The notes below the pieces were generated by a model, which saw only the letters and a program-made list of their open reading frames with translations, searched no databases and was not told where the DNA came from. A DNA stretch of 64,000 nt from positions 12,888 through 76,887 of the forward strand of contig JAWODN010000046.1 in assembly GCA_046483285.1 (NCBI GenBank). Direction: 5' to 3'. How positions within the stretch are numbered: position 1 is the stretch's first letter; each line of letters opens with the position of its first letter. The translations under genes were made by a program, and so were the position numbers. This document shows, one piece after another, positions 38,887 to 48,372 of the stretch. The stretch is from Candidatus Aminicenantes bacterium (GTDB taxonomy: Bacteria > Acidobacteriota > Aminicenantia > Aminicenantales > Aminicenantaceae).

Positions 38887-39339
38887 TCATCCGTCGACTT
38901 CAAAATCCCCTTTGGCCGATTCGTTCATTTGGTTGTCTTCCTCGGAAGCAAACTTTTGCTCCAGGGAAATAATCTTAACCAGGTTCCCAAGGTAATTTTG
39001 ATCTTTTTTTTCACCGTACGGAAGGAATTGGATTCCGATCTGGTATTTATAGCTTTTGCCTGGATTGGGAGTGACTCTGCGAATGATTCCTTTGAGTTTA
39101 AGGGGAAAACGTTCTCCGGGGATTGAAATTTTCAGATAAAGCCGGGAATCAGGTTTTAATTTCTGCTGGCAAATAAACAGGATTCCTCCCCGGCTGATGT
39201 CAAGCAGAGGGGAAAACTCTTCTCCGTAGTCTTGGTTCTGGGCGGCGGAAAAAAATTTTTCCGTTTTATAACTGACAGTTGCTCCCGGAATTTTGAACCG
39301 GACACAGGACCGCTTCTCCACTCCTCCCTTATCGGACAT
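38887..39339 (-). CDS. PilZ domain protein
   Basis: EKRSCVRF (RxxxR) and DISRGG (DxSxxG). Confidence 0.8.
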   Translation of the reverse strand: MSDKGGVEKRSCVRFKIPGATVSYKTEKFFSAAQNQDYGEEFSPLLDISRGGILFICQQKLKPDSRLYLKISIPGERFPLKLKGIIRRVTPNPGKSYKYQIGIQFLPYGEKKDQNYLGNLVKIISLEQKFASEEDNQMNESAKGDFEVDG

Positions 39340-39628
39340 AACCCGTCTCCTTTTCTCTGATTCTCACTATAACCCGATATATATAACAGCTCCAGGTAAA
39401 AGTCAAACACCATACCGGGAGCCTGTCATTATAGAGGACGGCCCCGCCGCCGGTGCGGCCGCCCGCAGAACAAACCGCCGGCCATGAAAATGATTTATGA
39501 ACGGCATTTATGGAAAATGAGGCTTGTACCGGCTGTTCCTGCGGTTTAATTAATGATGACAGTCATTTCCGAACAGATGCCGGGAGGAAGGGATGGTGGA
39601 TGAGCCGGGCCCGTATGCAGGCTGAGCC

Positions 39629-39665
39629 AAAAAAAAAGGGTAAAGCCCGTCCGGGCTTTACCCTT
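39629..39665 (-). terminator. Intrinsic terminator of the hdr-kor-flavoprotein operon
   Basis: AAGGGTAAAGCCCG/CGGGCTTTACCCTT hairpin followed by T-tract on minus strand. Confidence 0.8.
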
Positions 39666-39680
39666 GTGATCAGCTTAAAA

Positions 39681-41348
39681 TTATCTCAGTGTGCCTTCAT
39701 ATTGAGCGGTCAGCTGACGTTTGCGGACATTTTCAGGGGTGTAGGTGGGAAGAATGACCGGCGCGATCCGGCCGGTTTTGATTCCGGCTTCTTCGATTTC
39801 CTGTTCATATCTATTGATGTGTTCCAGGGACAGTTCGCCCAAATTGACGGATTGGACATATTGGGAAGCGTTTACGCCGGCTCTCCGGCCGAACACGTTA
39901 TAGTCAAGAACCGAGTTTCCCATCAGGCGGTTGCGGCCGTGGACGCCCCCGGAGGCCTCTCCGGCCACATATAATCCCGGAATTGAGGATTCGCATTTGT
40001 CATTGATTTCGATTCCGCCGTTTTGATAATGAAGAGAAGGATAAATGAGCATAGGCTCTTTGGTGATATCAATACCGTAACGGAAGAACTGGCGGTGCAT
40101 GGCGGGGAATTCTTTTTTAATATATCCTTCCCCCAGAAGCATTTCTATAAGGGGAGAATCCAGCCATACCCCCACCCGGCCGCTGGGGGTTTTGATCCCG
40201 TTTCCTCTTTCCACGCATTCCCGGATAATGGCCGAGCTTTCCACATCCCGCGGTTCGCGCGGAAATACAAACAGCTCGCCGTCCTTGTTGAGCGGCTGCC
40301 CTCCGGCGCCCCGGATTTTTTCCGTGATCAAAAATCCGGCGATTTGTTCCGGGAAAATCGAACCGGTGGGGTGGTACTGCACCGAATCCATATACAGCAA
40401 TTTGGCTCCGGCGCGGTATGCCATGATCAGGCCGTCTCCGGTGGCCCCGTAATGATTGGTGGTGTCGAAGCCGCGGATATGAAGCCGGCCGTATCCGCCG
40501 GTGGCGATGATGGTTGATTTGGCCTTGACGGTGAAATATTCTTCCGTCTCCAGGTTGTAGAGAATTCCTCCGGCACATCGGCCCTGGTCATCCAGGATCA
40601 GCTCAATGGTGGGAGTGAATTCCAGAACCTTGATTTTATCCGGATGATTCCTGACTTCGTCCATCAAAGTGCGCATAATGATGGCCCCGGTGTAATCCCG
40701 GCAGGATAGCATGCGCTTGCGTGAAGTGCCGCCGCCGTGCAGCGCCTGGAAAGAACCGTCCTCATGCTTATCCCACACCACACCCAGGTCTTCCAGCCAT
40801 TTCACCACTTCAGGGGCATCATGGGTGAGCGCTTCAACCAGTTCAGGTTTGTTATCGAAATGGCCGCCTCCAATGGCATCCAAATAATGCCGCGGGGGGG
40901 AGTCCTGTTCTTTAACGGCGGCCTGCATGCCTCCCTGAGACATCATGGAATTGGCGTCTCCTATGCGCAGTTTGGTGGAAATAATGCTGCGGGCGCCTTT
41001 CTGCATGGCGGTGATGGCTGCGGCGCATCCGGCGCCGCCTCCGCCGATGATAAGAACGTCGGTTTCATAATCGGGAGAGGACAGATCAAACTTCTCCGGT
41101 TTGATCCGGGAATGGGATTCCAGCATGTCCGCCACTTCCGTGGTGATGATTTCCCCTTTGTTCGGGCCGATGTGAATTTTTTTCCGGGCGTCCGGCTTAT
41201 GGTCCGGATGAAATTTTTTCAATACATCTTCTCTTTCTTCCGCGCTCATGGGAGGGAATACCGGCTTTCCGGACTTGGCCAGTTCAAACCGCTTCTGACG
41301 GCCCTGGGCTAACTTATCGAGTGATTCTTTCATATATTCAGGATACAT
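39681..41348 (-). CDS. Fumarate reductase/succinate dehydrogenase-type flavoprotein subunit (soluble, non-covalent FAD)
   Basis: GGGGAG, SMMSQGG, QYHPT, ITEKIRG, PRDV, HYQNGG, HGRNRLMGNS. Confidence 0.85.
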   Translation of the reverse strand: MYPEYMKESLDKLAQGRQKRFELAKSGKPVFPPMSAEEREDVLKKFHPDHKPDARKKIHIGPNKGEIITTEVADMLESHSRIKPEKFDLSSPDYETDVLIIGGGGAGCAAAITAMQKGARSIISTKLRIGDANSMMSQGGMQAAVKEQDSPPRHYLDAIGGGHFDNKPELVEALTHDAPEVVKWLEDLGVVWDKHEDGSFQALHGGGTSRKRMLSCRDYTGAIIMRTLMDEVRNHPDKIKVLEFTPTIELILDDQGRCAGGILYNLETEEYFTVKAKSTIIATGGYGRLHIRGFDTTNHYGATGDGLIMAYRAGAKLLYMDSVQYHPTGSIFPEQIAGFLITEKIRGAGGQPLNKDGELFVFPREPRDVESSAIIRECVERGNGIKTPSGRVGVWLDSPLIEMLLGEGYIKKEFPAMHRQFFRYGIDITKEPMLIYPSLHYQNGGIEINDKCESSIPGLYVAGEASGGVHGRNRLMGNSVLDYNVFGRRAGVNASQYVQSVNLGELSLEHINRYEQEIEEAGIKTGRIAPVILPTYTPENVRKRQLTAQYEGTLR

Positions 41349-41388
41349 AAGACACTCCTTCTTGATTCAAAGTTTGATATTTCATGAT

Positions 41389-42090
41389 TTATTCTTCAGT
41401 ATCTCTTGCGTAATATTTCGTCTTCAACTTATCCTTGTCCGCCTTCATCAATTCTTCAAATTCATCTTTGAAAGCACCTTCTTCAACTTCTTTAACCCTC
41501 TGGTCTAATTCTTTGCTTTGGGGAGAAAGATACTTTCCGTACAGCCGCTTGGCCAAAATCCCCACATTGTATTGAATGATTTCTGCGGGACATCTGATCG
41601 CACATAAACCGCAGCAGAGGCAGTCGAAAGAAAGGTCCATGACCTGTTCGATATCTCCCCGCTTGGCGGCTTGGATGTAATCCATGACTTCGAGGTCCTG
41701 AGGGCATGCCTTGGTGCAGGAGTTGCAGGCCACACAGCGGAAAACTTCCGGATAATAGGTCTGAATGGTTTCCACTTCCGGTTTTATTTTGTCCATGTCA
41801 TATATGGCCTTATGCGAGGGGATCGCGGGAAGCTGTGCCAGCCACATGCCTTCTTCCACCAGGGTGGTGCAGGCCAAACCGGTGTAAATTTTATAATCGC
41901 CGGGGAGGCGGTATACCGTCGCGCACGCACCGCAAAAACCTTCCCGGCACCCGGCGCCCCGCTTGATCAGGTAACCGGCATACTCAATGGCGCCCATAAT
42001 TGTTGATTTGGAAGGCACTTTGTAAGCCGCCCCCATGATATAGACGGTGGTGAAGTCATTCTGTTCTTTATTGTTCTTTTGGGCTGTCAT
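41389..42090 (-). CDS. SdhB/FrdB-like iron-sulfur subunit (2Fe-2S + two 4Fe-4S)
   Basis: GCREGFCGAC...LAC; CVACNSCTKACP; CLCCGLCAIRCP. Confidence 0.85.
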   Translation of the reverse strand: MTAQKNNKEQNDFTTVYIMGAAYKVPSKSTIMGAIEYAGYLIKRGAGCREGFCGACATVYRLPGDYKIYTGLACTTLVEEGMWLAQLPAIPSHKAIYDMDKIKPEVETIQTYYPEVFRCVACNSCTKACPQDLEVMDYIQAAKRGDIEQVMDLSFDCLCCGLCAIRCPAEIIQYNVGILAKRLYGKYLSPQSKELDQRVKEVEEGAFKDEFEELMKADKDKLKTKYYARDTEE

Positions 42091-42101
42091 ATTTTCCTCC
42101 G

Positions 42102-42548
42102 TTAGGCCTTTATATCCAGGCCGCCCTGCGCTGATTTCTCTTCGGGCAGATTCAATGGCCCCAAATTTCTGACTTTATCGGTGAATTCGTTTATAACCGA
42201 GACGAATTTCTTCCCTTCAGCCGCGGATACCCATTCAAGCCTGAGTCTTTCCGGTTCGATACCGAAACCGGAAAGAATCTTTTCCAGCATTTTAATCCGG
42301 CGGAGAGTCTTGTAATTTCCATCAATGTAATGACAGTCACCGGGATGGCATCCGCCGATAAAAACGCCGTCTGCTCCCTGTTTGAAAGCCCACAGCACAT
42401 GCTGAGGATCCACCCGGGATGAGCACATGACCCGAATCATAACGCTGTTCGGCATATACTCCATGCGGGAAGTGCCTGCGAGGTCGGCGCCTGCGGAAGT
42501 GCACCAATTGCAGGCGAAGCTGATGATTTTAGGTTCGAATTTAGCCAT
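42102..42548 (-). CDS. mvhD: MvhD/FlpD 2Fe-2S subunit
   Basis: FACNWC..GADLAG, RVMCSSRV, GCHPGDCHY, WVSAAEG. Confidence 0.92.
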   Translation of the reverse strand: MAKFEPKIISFACNWCTSAGADLAGTSRMEYMPNSVMIRVMCSSRVDPQHVLWAFKQGADGVFIGGCHPGDCHYIDGNYKTLRRIKMLEKILSGFGIEPERLRLEWVSAAEGKKFVSVINEFTDKVRNLGPLNLPEEKSAQGGLDIKA

Positions 42549-44515
42549 TATGATTCAATTTCTCCTTTCAAAATGCTGTCGACCATGGAATAGATTTGAT
42601 CGTCGGTATAATTTTTCTGTTGGGCCGCGCCGGAAGGGCAGGCGGCGATACAGCATCCACAGCCTTCGCACAACACTTCATTGACAGTGACGATTCCTTT
42701 CTGCTCATCAAAAATCCGGGCTTCGTAGGGGCAGACCGGAATGCATAAGCGGCAGCCGCTGCAGACATCTTCATCCACAACCGCCACAATCGGGTCGTGA
42801 AAAAGTTCGTCGGAAGCGAACATGGCTTGAACCTTGCTTGCCGCTCCGCTGGCTTGAGCCACCGCCTCAGGAATATCTTTGGGGGCCTTTCCGGCTCCGG
42901 CCAGGAAAAGACCGGAAATAACACTTTCCACCGGGCGAAGCTTAGGATGGGCTTCTGATAAAAATCCGTCTTTATCCGTTCCCAATTTGAGGGTTTTTAC
43001 AATTTCTTCGGTTCCTTTGGAGGGCTTCATGGCCATGGCCAGAACCACCATATCGGCGTTGATTTCCACGTCTTTACCGGAAAGGGTATCCACTCCCCAC
43101 ACCTTCAATTTTCCGTTTTCTTCAAAGACCCTGGACACTTTCCCTCTTAAGTAGACAACATCGTCATCTTCTATGGCCCGCTGCACAAATTCTTCGTAAT
43201 TTTTTCCTCCTGAACGGATGTCAATATAAAATATATAGGCCTGGCCGTCAGGCACATGATGTTTGTAAAGCATGGCATGCTTGGAGGTGTACATGCAGCA
43301 GATTTTAGAGCAGTAGGATTTATGCATTTCCGGGTCTCTGGATCCGACACACTGAATAAAAACCACTTCCTTGGGGACTTTGTGGTCGGACGGTCTTAGA
43401 ACCTGGCCCATGGTGGGACCGGATGCCGACAGCAATCTTTCGAATTCAAGGCCGTTGAGGACATCGGGGTATTTCCCATAACCGTATTCGGCGATTTGGT
43501 CTTTCCCGTAAAGGTCGTATCCGGTGGCCACCACTAGGGCTCCCACTTCCTCCTCTATGATTTCCGGCTTCATGTCATAATCTATGGCTTTGGGCTCGCA
43601 AACATCAGCGCATTTTCCGCAGGCGATGGGAACGAACCCCGGACAATTTTCAGCGTCGATAGTAAAAGTCGCTGGTATTGCTTGAGGGAAGGGGATGTAA
43701 ATCGCTTTTCTTCCGGTCATGCTTTCATCAAATTCATTGGGAACCACCACCGGGCAGACTTCGGTGCAGTCATCGCAGAGTGTGCAAAGATTGGGATCCA
43801 CATAGGTCGGCTTTTTCAAAATTTTCACCTTGAAATTGCCCACATATCCGGAAATCTCCTTAACTTCACTGTACGTCATCAATTTGATTTTGGGGTGCTT
43901 GGAAACCTCCACCATTTTTGGGGTCATTATGCACTGCGAACAGTCAAGAGTAGGAAAAGTTTCGGATAACTGGATCATATGGCCGCCGATGGAGGGGGAT
44001 TTTTCCACCAGAATCACCTCATGGCCGGCATTGGCGATGTCCAAGGCGGCTTGAATACCGCTGATTCCGCCTCCCACCACCAGCGCTCTCTTGGTGACCG
44101 GAACGCTGATCGGCTGAAGGGATTCATTTCTGCGCACTTTTTCCACGATGCTGCGGGTGATCTTGACGGCCTTGTCGGTGGATTGTTTTTTGTCCTTGTG
44201 AACCCAGCTGCACTGTTCACGGATGTTGGCGATTTCGCACTGATAAGGGTTCAAACCGGAGGATTCCGTGACTCGACGGAAAGTGCTTTCATGAAGGTTC
44301 GGTGAGCAGCAAGCCACCACAACACTCTCCAGGTTGTGTTCTTTAATGGCTTCCTCGATGCATTTTTGGCCTGGATCGGAACACATGTACACATAATCTT
44401 CCGCATGGACCACATCTTCGTTTTTGGAGAGTTCTTCGGCCACTTTTTTCACGTCGACGGTTCCGGCAATGTTGATACCGCAATGGCAAACAAAAACTCC
44501 TGTCCTTTTTTTCAT
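42548..44515 (-). CDS. hdrA: Heterodisulfide reductase subunit A
   Basis: VFVCHCGINI, NIREQCSWVH, GGGISG, TFPTLDCSQC, CVGSRD, CSKICCMY, HPKLRP, C-terminal ferredoxin. Confidence 0.95.
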   Translation of the reverse strand: MKKRTGVFVCHCGINIAGTVDVKKVAEELSKNEDVVHAEDYVYMCSDPGQKCIEEAIKEHNLESVVVACCSPNLHESTFRRVTESSGLNPYQCEIANIREQCSWVHKDKKQSTDKAVKITRSIVEKVRRNESLQPISVPVTKRALVVGGGISGIQAALDIANAGHEVILVEKSPSIGGHMIQLSETFPTLDCSQCIMTPKMVEVSKHPKIKLMTYSEVKEISGYVGNFKVKILKKPTYVDPNLCTLCDDCTEVCPVVVPNEFDESMTGRKAIYIPFPQAIPATFTIDAENCPGFVPIACGKCADVCEPKAIDYDMKPEIIEEEVGALVVATGYDLYGKDQIAEYGYGKYPDVLNGLEFERLLSASGPTMGQVLRPSDHKVPKEVVFIQCVGSRDPEMHKSYCSKICCMYTSKHAMLYKHHVPDGQAYIFYIDIRSGGKNYEEFVQRAIEDDDVVYLRGKVSRVFEENGKLKVWGVDTLSGKDVEINADMVVLAMAMKPSKGTEEIVKTLKLGTDKDGFLSEAHPKLRPVESVISGLFLAGAGKAPKDIPEAVAQASGAASKVQAMFASDELFHDPIVAVVDEDVCSGCRLCIPVCPYEARIFDEQKGIVTVNEVLCEGCGCCIAACPSGAAQQKNYTDDQIYSMVDSILKGEIES

Positions 44516-44599
44516 AGTATTACCTTATAATAAGATTTCTTGAATTCTCCTTAAAAAAGAATCCAATAAAACAATTCCATAGGGTTTGACGGTTTGTCT

Positions 44600-45148
44600 T
44601 CACTTATTCTCATCCAGGGTTTTTAATCCGTATTCGTAACCACGGTCAAAAGCCGTTTGATTCAGCTCGAGAAACCGGTCCGGGACCAGCCCTGGAAGCG
44701 CTTTTTTCATAACATCCGGGGCGGTGATCTTTGTGACGGAGGTGAAAAACCCCATCATCACCAGGTTGGCGATAATCCGGTTTCCCAACTCTTCGGCGAT
44801 TCGGGTTGACGGAACGGCATAATGCTTGATTTGTCCCCGGACGGCTTTAAACTTCACCAAATCCTTGTCCGTGATCAGGATGCCGTCTTCCCGAAGTTCA
44901 GGTTCATACTTGTCAAAGGCTTCCTGAGACATGGACACCAGAATCTCAGGCCGTGTGATATAGGGATAGAGAACTCTTTCATCCGACACAACCAATTGGG
45001 AACTGCAGGCGCTCCCCCGGGCTTCGGGACCAAAGCTTTGGTTCATGGTGGCGAATTTGTTCCCATACAGCGAAAGAGCTTTTCCTGCAATGAGGGCACA
45101 GCGGATAATCCCCTGGCCTCCAAATCCGGAAAATCTAATCTCAGTCAT
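44600..45148 (-). CDS. korC: 2-oxoacid:ferredoxin oxidoreductase gamma subunit
   Basis: IRFSGFGGQGI, SFGPEARG; start reassigned to MTEIRF. Confidence 0.85.
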   Translation of the reverse strand: MTEIRFSGFGGQGIIRCALIAGKALSLYGNKFATMNQSFGPEARGSACSSQLVVSDERVLYPYITRPEILVSMSQEAFDKYEPELREDGILITDKDLVKFKAVRGQIKHYAVPSTRIAEELGNRIIANLVMMGFFTSVTKITAPDVMKKALPGLVPDRFLELNQTAFDRGYEYGLKTLDENK

Positions 45149-46013
45149 CGTTATCTCCGTAAGGTTGATATTTATCTCCGAGAACACGGGACATATGAGT
45201 GTTCATTGAATCAAGGAATGTCGGCTTGTCTTTATCAACGAATTTTCCGACAATGAGTTTTCCCTGATAATTGATATCGAGGGTATCTGTTGGGGCACCG
45301 TGCTGAATCTCAGAGTTATCATAATAATATTTTAAAAGATTCAAGCCGTCTCCCAAGCGGTTCCTTCTTGCATACAAGGTCACGCAGGGGGTTATGACTT
45401 CGATAAAGGAGAACCCCTTTTTATTAAGCGCTTCCTGAATGGATTTAGTCACCCGGCGCAGATGCAGTGCCGTCCAGCGGGCGATGTAAGTGGCACCAGA
45501 GGCTTCAACCAGCCGGGGGAGGTTAAAAGCATATTCGAAATTGCCGTAGGGCGCAGTCGAAGCGTTTGCCTGAAGGGGAGTGGTCGCCGCCACCTGGCCT
45601 CCTGTCATAGCGTAATTGAAATTATTGACACAGATCACCACCAAATCCATGTTGCGGCGGGCGGCGTGAATGAGATGATTTCCTCCGATTCCAGCAATAT
45701 CTCCGTCGCCGCTGAAGACAATCACTTTCATTTTGGGGGCGGCCAGCTTTAGGCCGGTGGCAAAAGGCAGAGCCCGTCCGTGGGTGGAATGGAAAGAATC
45801 CAATTTAACGTATCCGGCAACCCGGCCGGTGCATCCAATGCCGGAGACCACCGCGAGCCGGTCCAAATCGTATTGTTCTTTTCGTATGGCTTCGGCAAAA
45901 GACGTCACCACGGTTCCGATTCCGCAGCCCGGACACCAAATGTGAGGGATGCGGTCCATTCGGAGCATCTTTTCAATCGGATTTTCTTCTTTTTGAACGG
46001 GAGTGTTATTCAT
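45141..46013 (-). CDS. korB: 2-oxoacid:ferredoxin oxidoreductase beta subunit
   Basis: WCPGCG, SGIGC, HGRA, TPP motif GDGD...NN, MTGGQ. Confidence 0.88.
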   Translation of the reverse strand: MNNTPVQKEENPIEKMLRMDRIPHIWCPGCGIGTVVTSFAEAIRKEQYDLDRLAVVSGIGCTGRVAGYVKLDSFHSTHGRALPFATGLKLAAPKMKVIVFSGDGDIAGIGGNHLIHAARRNMDLVVICVNNFNYAMTGGQVAATTPLQANASTAPYGNFEYAFNLPRLVEASGATYIARWTALHLRRVTKSIQEALNKKGFSFIEVITPCVTLYARRNRLGDGLNLLKYYYDNSEIQHGAPTDTLDINYQGKLIVGKFVDKDKPTFLDSMNTHMSRVLGDKYQPYGDNDD

Positions 46014-47182
46014 TGTGCGGCCTCCTTAATGGCGTTGAGAATATCGTTGGGATCATGAACCCATCCGCCGAGATGGGGGACACCCTGCACCCGGCACTTT
46101 CCTTTGGATGCCCGGTCCACTTCCAAAACGATTTGGCCGGCGTTGATTTCCGGCACCACAAACGCGTTGATTTTTCCGGCCAGCTCGAGAATGCGCTTTT
46201 CAGGAAACGGCCATACCGTGATCAGGCGGAGGGTTCCCACCTTGATGCCCTCTCTTCTGGCATTCTGTACGGCTTTTATGGCGACACGGGAAGTGATTCC
46301 ATAGGAAATAACCACCACGTCGGCGCCATCAATCTGGTCTTCATCGTATCTGATGATTTTATCTACGTTTTTTTCAATTTTATCGATGAGGTGCTGCACA
46401 TTGACTTGTTGACATTCAGCGTTGATGACCGGATATCCTTTTTCGTCGTGAGTTAAGCCGGTGGTATGGAAACGGTATCCGTCTCCGGCCTTGATCATGA
46501 ACGGGACACCATTCTCGTCGGGCTTGTAAGGAAGATATTCCTCTTTCGGTCCTTCGTACCATTTCCTTTCCACGATTTCAATTTCCTCGGGGGGAGGAAT
46601 CACCACTTTTTCGTGCATATGCCCCACGCATTCATCCGTCATGACTAAAACCGGAACCCGGTAGGTTTCCGCCAAATTGAAGGCCTCCACAGTCAAATCA
46701 AAGCATTCCTGGGGTGAATCCGGAGAGAGCGCGATAATACGGTAATCTCCGTGCGAACCCCACCGGGCCTGCATCATGTCCTGCTGGCCGGTGAGGGTGG
46801 GAAGTCCCGTGGACGGCCCGCCCCGTTGAACGTTGGCCACGACAAGGGGGGTTTCCATCATTACGGCCAGTCCGATATTTTCCATCATTAAGGAAAATCC
46901 GGGGCCGGAAGTGACGGTCATTGGCTTTTTGCCGCCCCAGGATGCTCCGACAAGAGCCGCCATCGAAGCCAACTCATCTTCCATTTGAATGAAAACACCG
47001 CCGATAGTGGGGATCCTTTCAGCGAACCGTTCTGCGGTTTCCGTGGAGGGGGTGATGGGGTAACCGGCGAAAAACCGGCTTCCCGCAGCCAATCCGCCTT
47101 CAGCCAGGGCATAGTCGCCGTCCATGAAATGGGACCCGGTCAAAACTCCTTTAGGATCTGCTTTGCGTTTTTTCAACGTCAT
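46010..47182 (-). CDS. korA: 2-oxoacid:ferredoxin oxidoreductase alpha subunit
   Basis: FAGYPITP, QMEDE, TSGPGFSLMME, QRGGPSTGLPT. Confidence 0.88.
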   Translation of the reverse strand: MTLKKRKADPKGVLTGSHFMDGDYALAEGGLAAGSRFFAGYPITPSTETAERFAERIPTIGGVFIQMEDELASMAALVGASWGGKKPMTVTSGPGFSLMMENIGLAVMMETPLVVANVQRGGPSTGLPTLTGQQDMMQARWGSHGDYRIIALSPDSPQECFDLTVEAFNLAETYRVPVLVMTDECVGHMHEKVVIPPPEEIEIVERKWYEGPKEEYLPYKPDENGVPFMIKAGDGYRFHTTGLTHDEKGYPVINAECQQVNVQHLIDKIEKNVDKIIRYDEDQIDGADVVVISYGITSRVAIKAVQNARREGIKVGTLRLITVWPFPEKRILELAGKINAFVVPEINAGQIVLEVDRASKGKCRVQGVPHLGGWVHDPNDILNAIKEAAQ

Positions 47183-47423
47183 CCTCCTTCTTAACGGTTA
47201 CGAAAACAGCAAATTCCGGACATATTGTCTCGCAAAGCTGACAATAGCAGCAGTCAGATTCGTTTTTCACAAACGGGGGATGATATCCCTTCACGTTAAA
47301 CTCTTCCGACATTTCCAAAACATCCCTGGGACAATATTCCACACAAAAGCCACATCCTTTACAGCGGTCTATTTCGATGTGGATTTCTCCTATAATCGGT
47401 TTTAATTCGCCAAAATAAATCAT
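47151..47423 (-). CDS. korD: 2[4Fe-4S] ferredoxin-like delta subunit
   Basis: CKGCGFCVEYCP; CCYCQLCETICPEFA. Confidence 0.85.
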   Translation of the reverse strand: MIYFGELKPIIGEIHIEIDRCKGCGFCVEYCPRDVLEMSEEFNVKGYHPPFVKNESDCCYCQLCETICPEFAVFVTVKKEDDVEKTQSRS

Positions 47424-47430
47424 TTGTTCC

Positions 47431-48312
47431 TCACATCAATCCTTTTTCTTTTAATATGGGCGCGGGATCGATAAAGTGAAGGTTCAACTTCAAGCTTTCT
47501 TGATCACAGCCCAGAGCAATCGCCAGCAGCTGAGAGAAATACATGATGGGAATAGACTTGAAATCAGGATATATCTTAAGGGTCTGCTTCTGCCTGTGAT
47601 CCAGGTTGAACGCGCACAAGGGGCAGCTGACCGCCACCACATCGGCCCCTTGCCGGACAGCGGAGGTGAGAATCTGGCGGGTCCGGTCGGCTATAATTTC
47701 AGGGTTGTCTACGGTCTTGTAAGCGCCGCAGCATTCGGTTTTATGGGGAAAATCAACGGGTTCTCCTCCCAGCGCGGTGACCAGGTCGTCCATGACCACG
47801 GGATTTTCCAAATCATCGAAGCCGACTTCTTTGGGGCGCACCAGATAACAACCGTAATAACTGGCGATTTTCAGATTTTTTAAAGGCTTGGTGACTTTAC
47901 CGGCCAGCCCCTGGAAGGTGATTTCATCTCTCAGAAGTTCCAGCATATGATAAACCTTGACGTCACCTTGATATTTGACCTCTTCGCGGTACATGAGATC
48001 ATTGATGATTTCCAGGCTTTCAGAGTCGTTTTGGACTCGCTGGTTGGCCCGCTTCAATGTGTTGTAACACATAGCGCAAAGAGTTATGACGCTGTCATCG
48101 GTCTTTGCTTCTTTCACGCGGATGAGGTTTCGAATGGGAGCCAGGTGGTGGATAAGGTCATCCGTGGCCATTGAAAATACCGTTCCGCAGCAATTCCAGC
48201 GGCTGAGTTCTTTTACCTCTATTCCCAGCGTTTTCAGAGCACATAAAGCCGAATCTTCAAAGTTTTTTGCATGATTCTTTAAAGTACACCCGGGATAATA
48301 ACTTAACTTCAT
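47431..48312 (-). CDS. hdrB: Heterodisulfide reductase subunit B (two CCG domains)
   Basis: YYPGC, WNCCG, CAMCY, YYGC, ECCG, SCPLC. Confidence 0.92.
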   Translation of the reverse strand: MKLSYYPGCTLKNHAKNFEDSALCALKTLGIEVKELSRWNCCGTVFSMATDDLIHHLAPIRNLIRVKEAKTDDSVITLCAMCYNTLKRANQRVQNDSESLEIINDLMYREEVKYQGDVKVYHMLELLRDEITFQGLAGKVTKPLKNLKIASYYGCYLVRPKEVGFDDLENPVVMDDLVTALGGEPVDFPHKTECCGAYKTVDNPEIIADRTRQILTSAVRQGADVVAVSCPLCAFNLDHRQKQTLKIYPDFKSIPIMYFSQLLAIALGCDQESLKLNLHFIDPAPILKEKGLM

Positions 48313-48372
48313 TATAATTTTTCCTCACTAAAAATGAGATTAAAACTGATTGAAACCATACCAATGATAAAG

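Noticed and set aside
39681-41348. L-aspartate oxidase nadB
   Set aside because: No EGGH motif, no nadA/nadC nearby, and it is paired with an Fe-S subunit.
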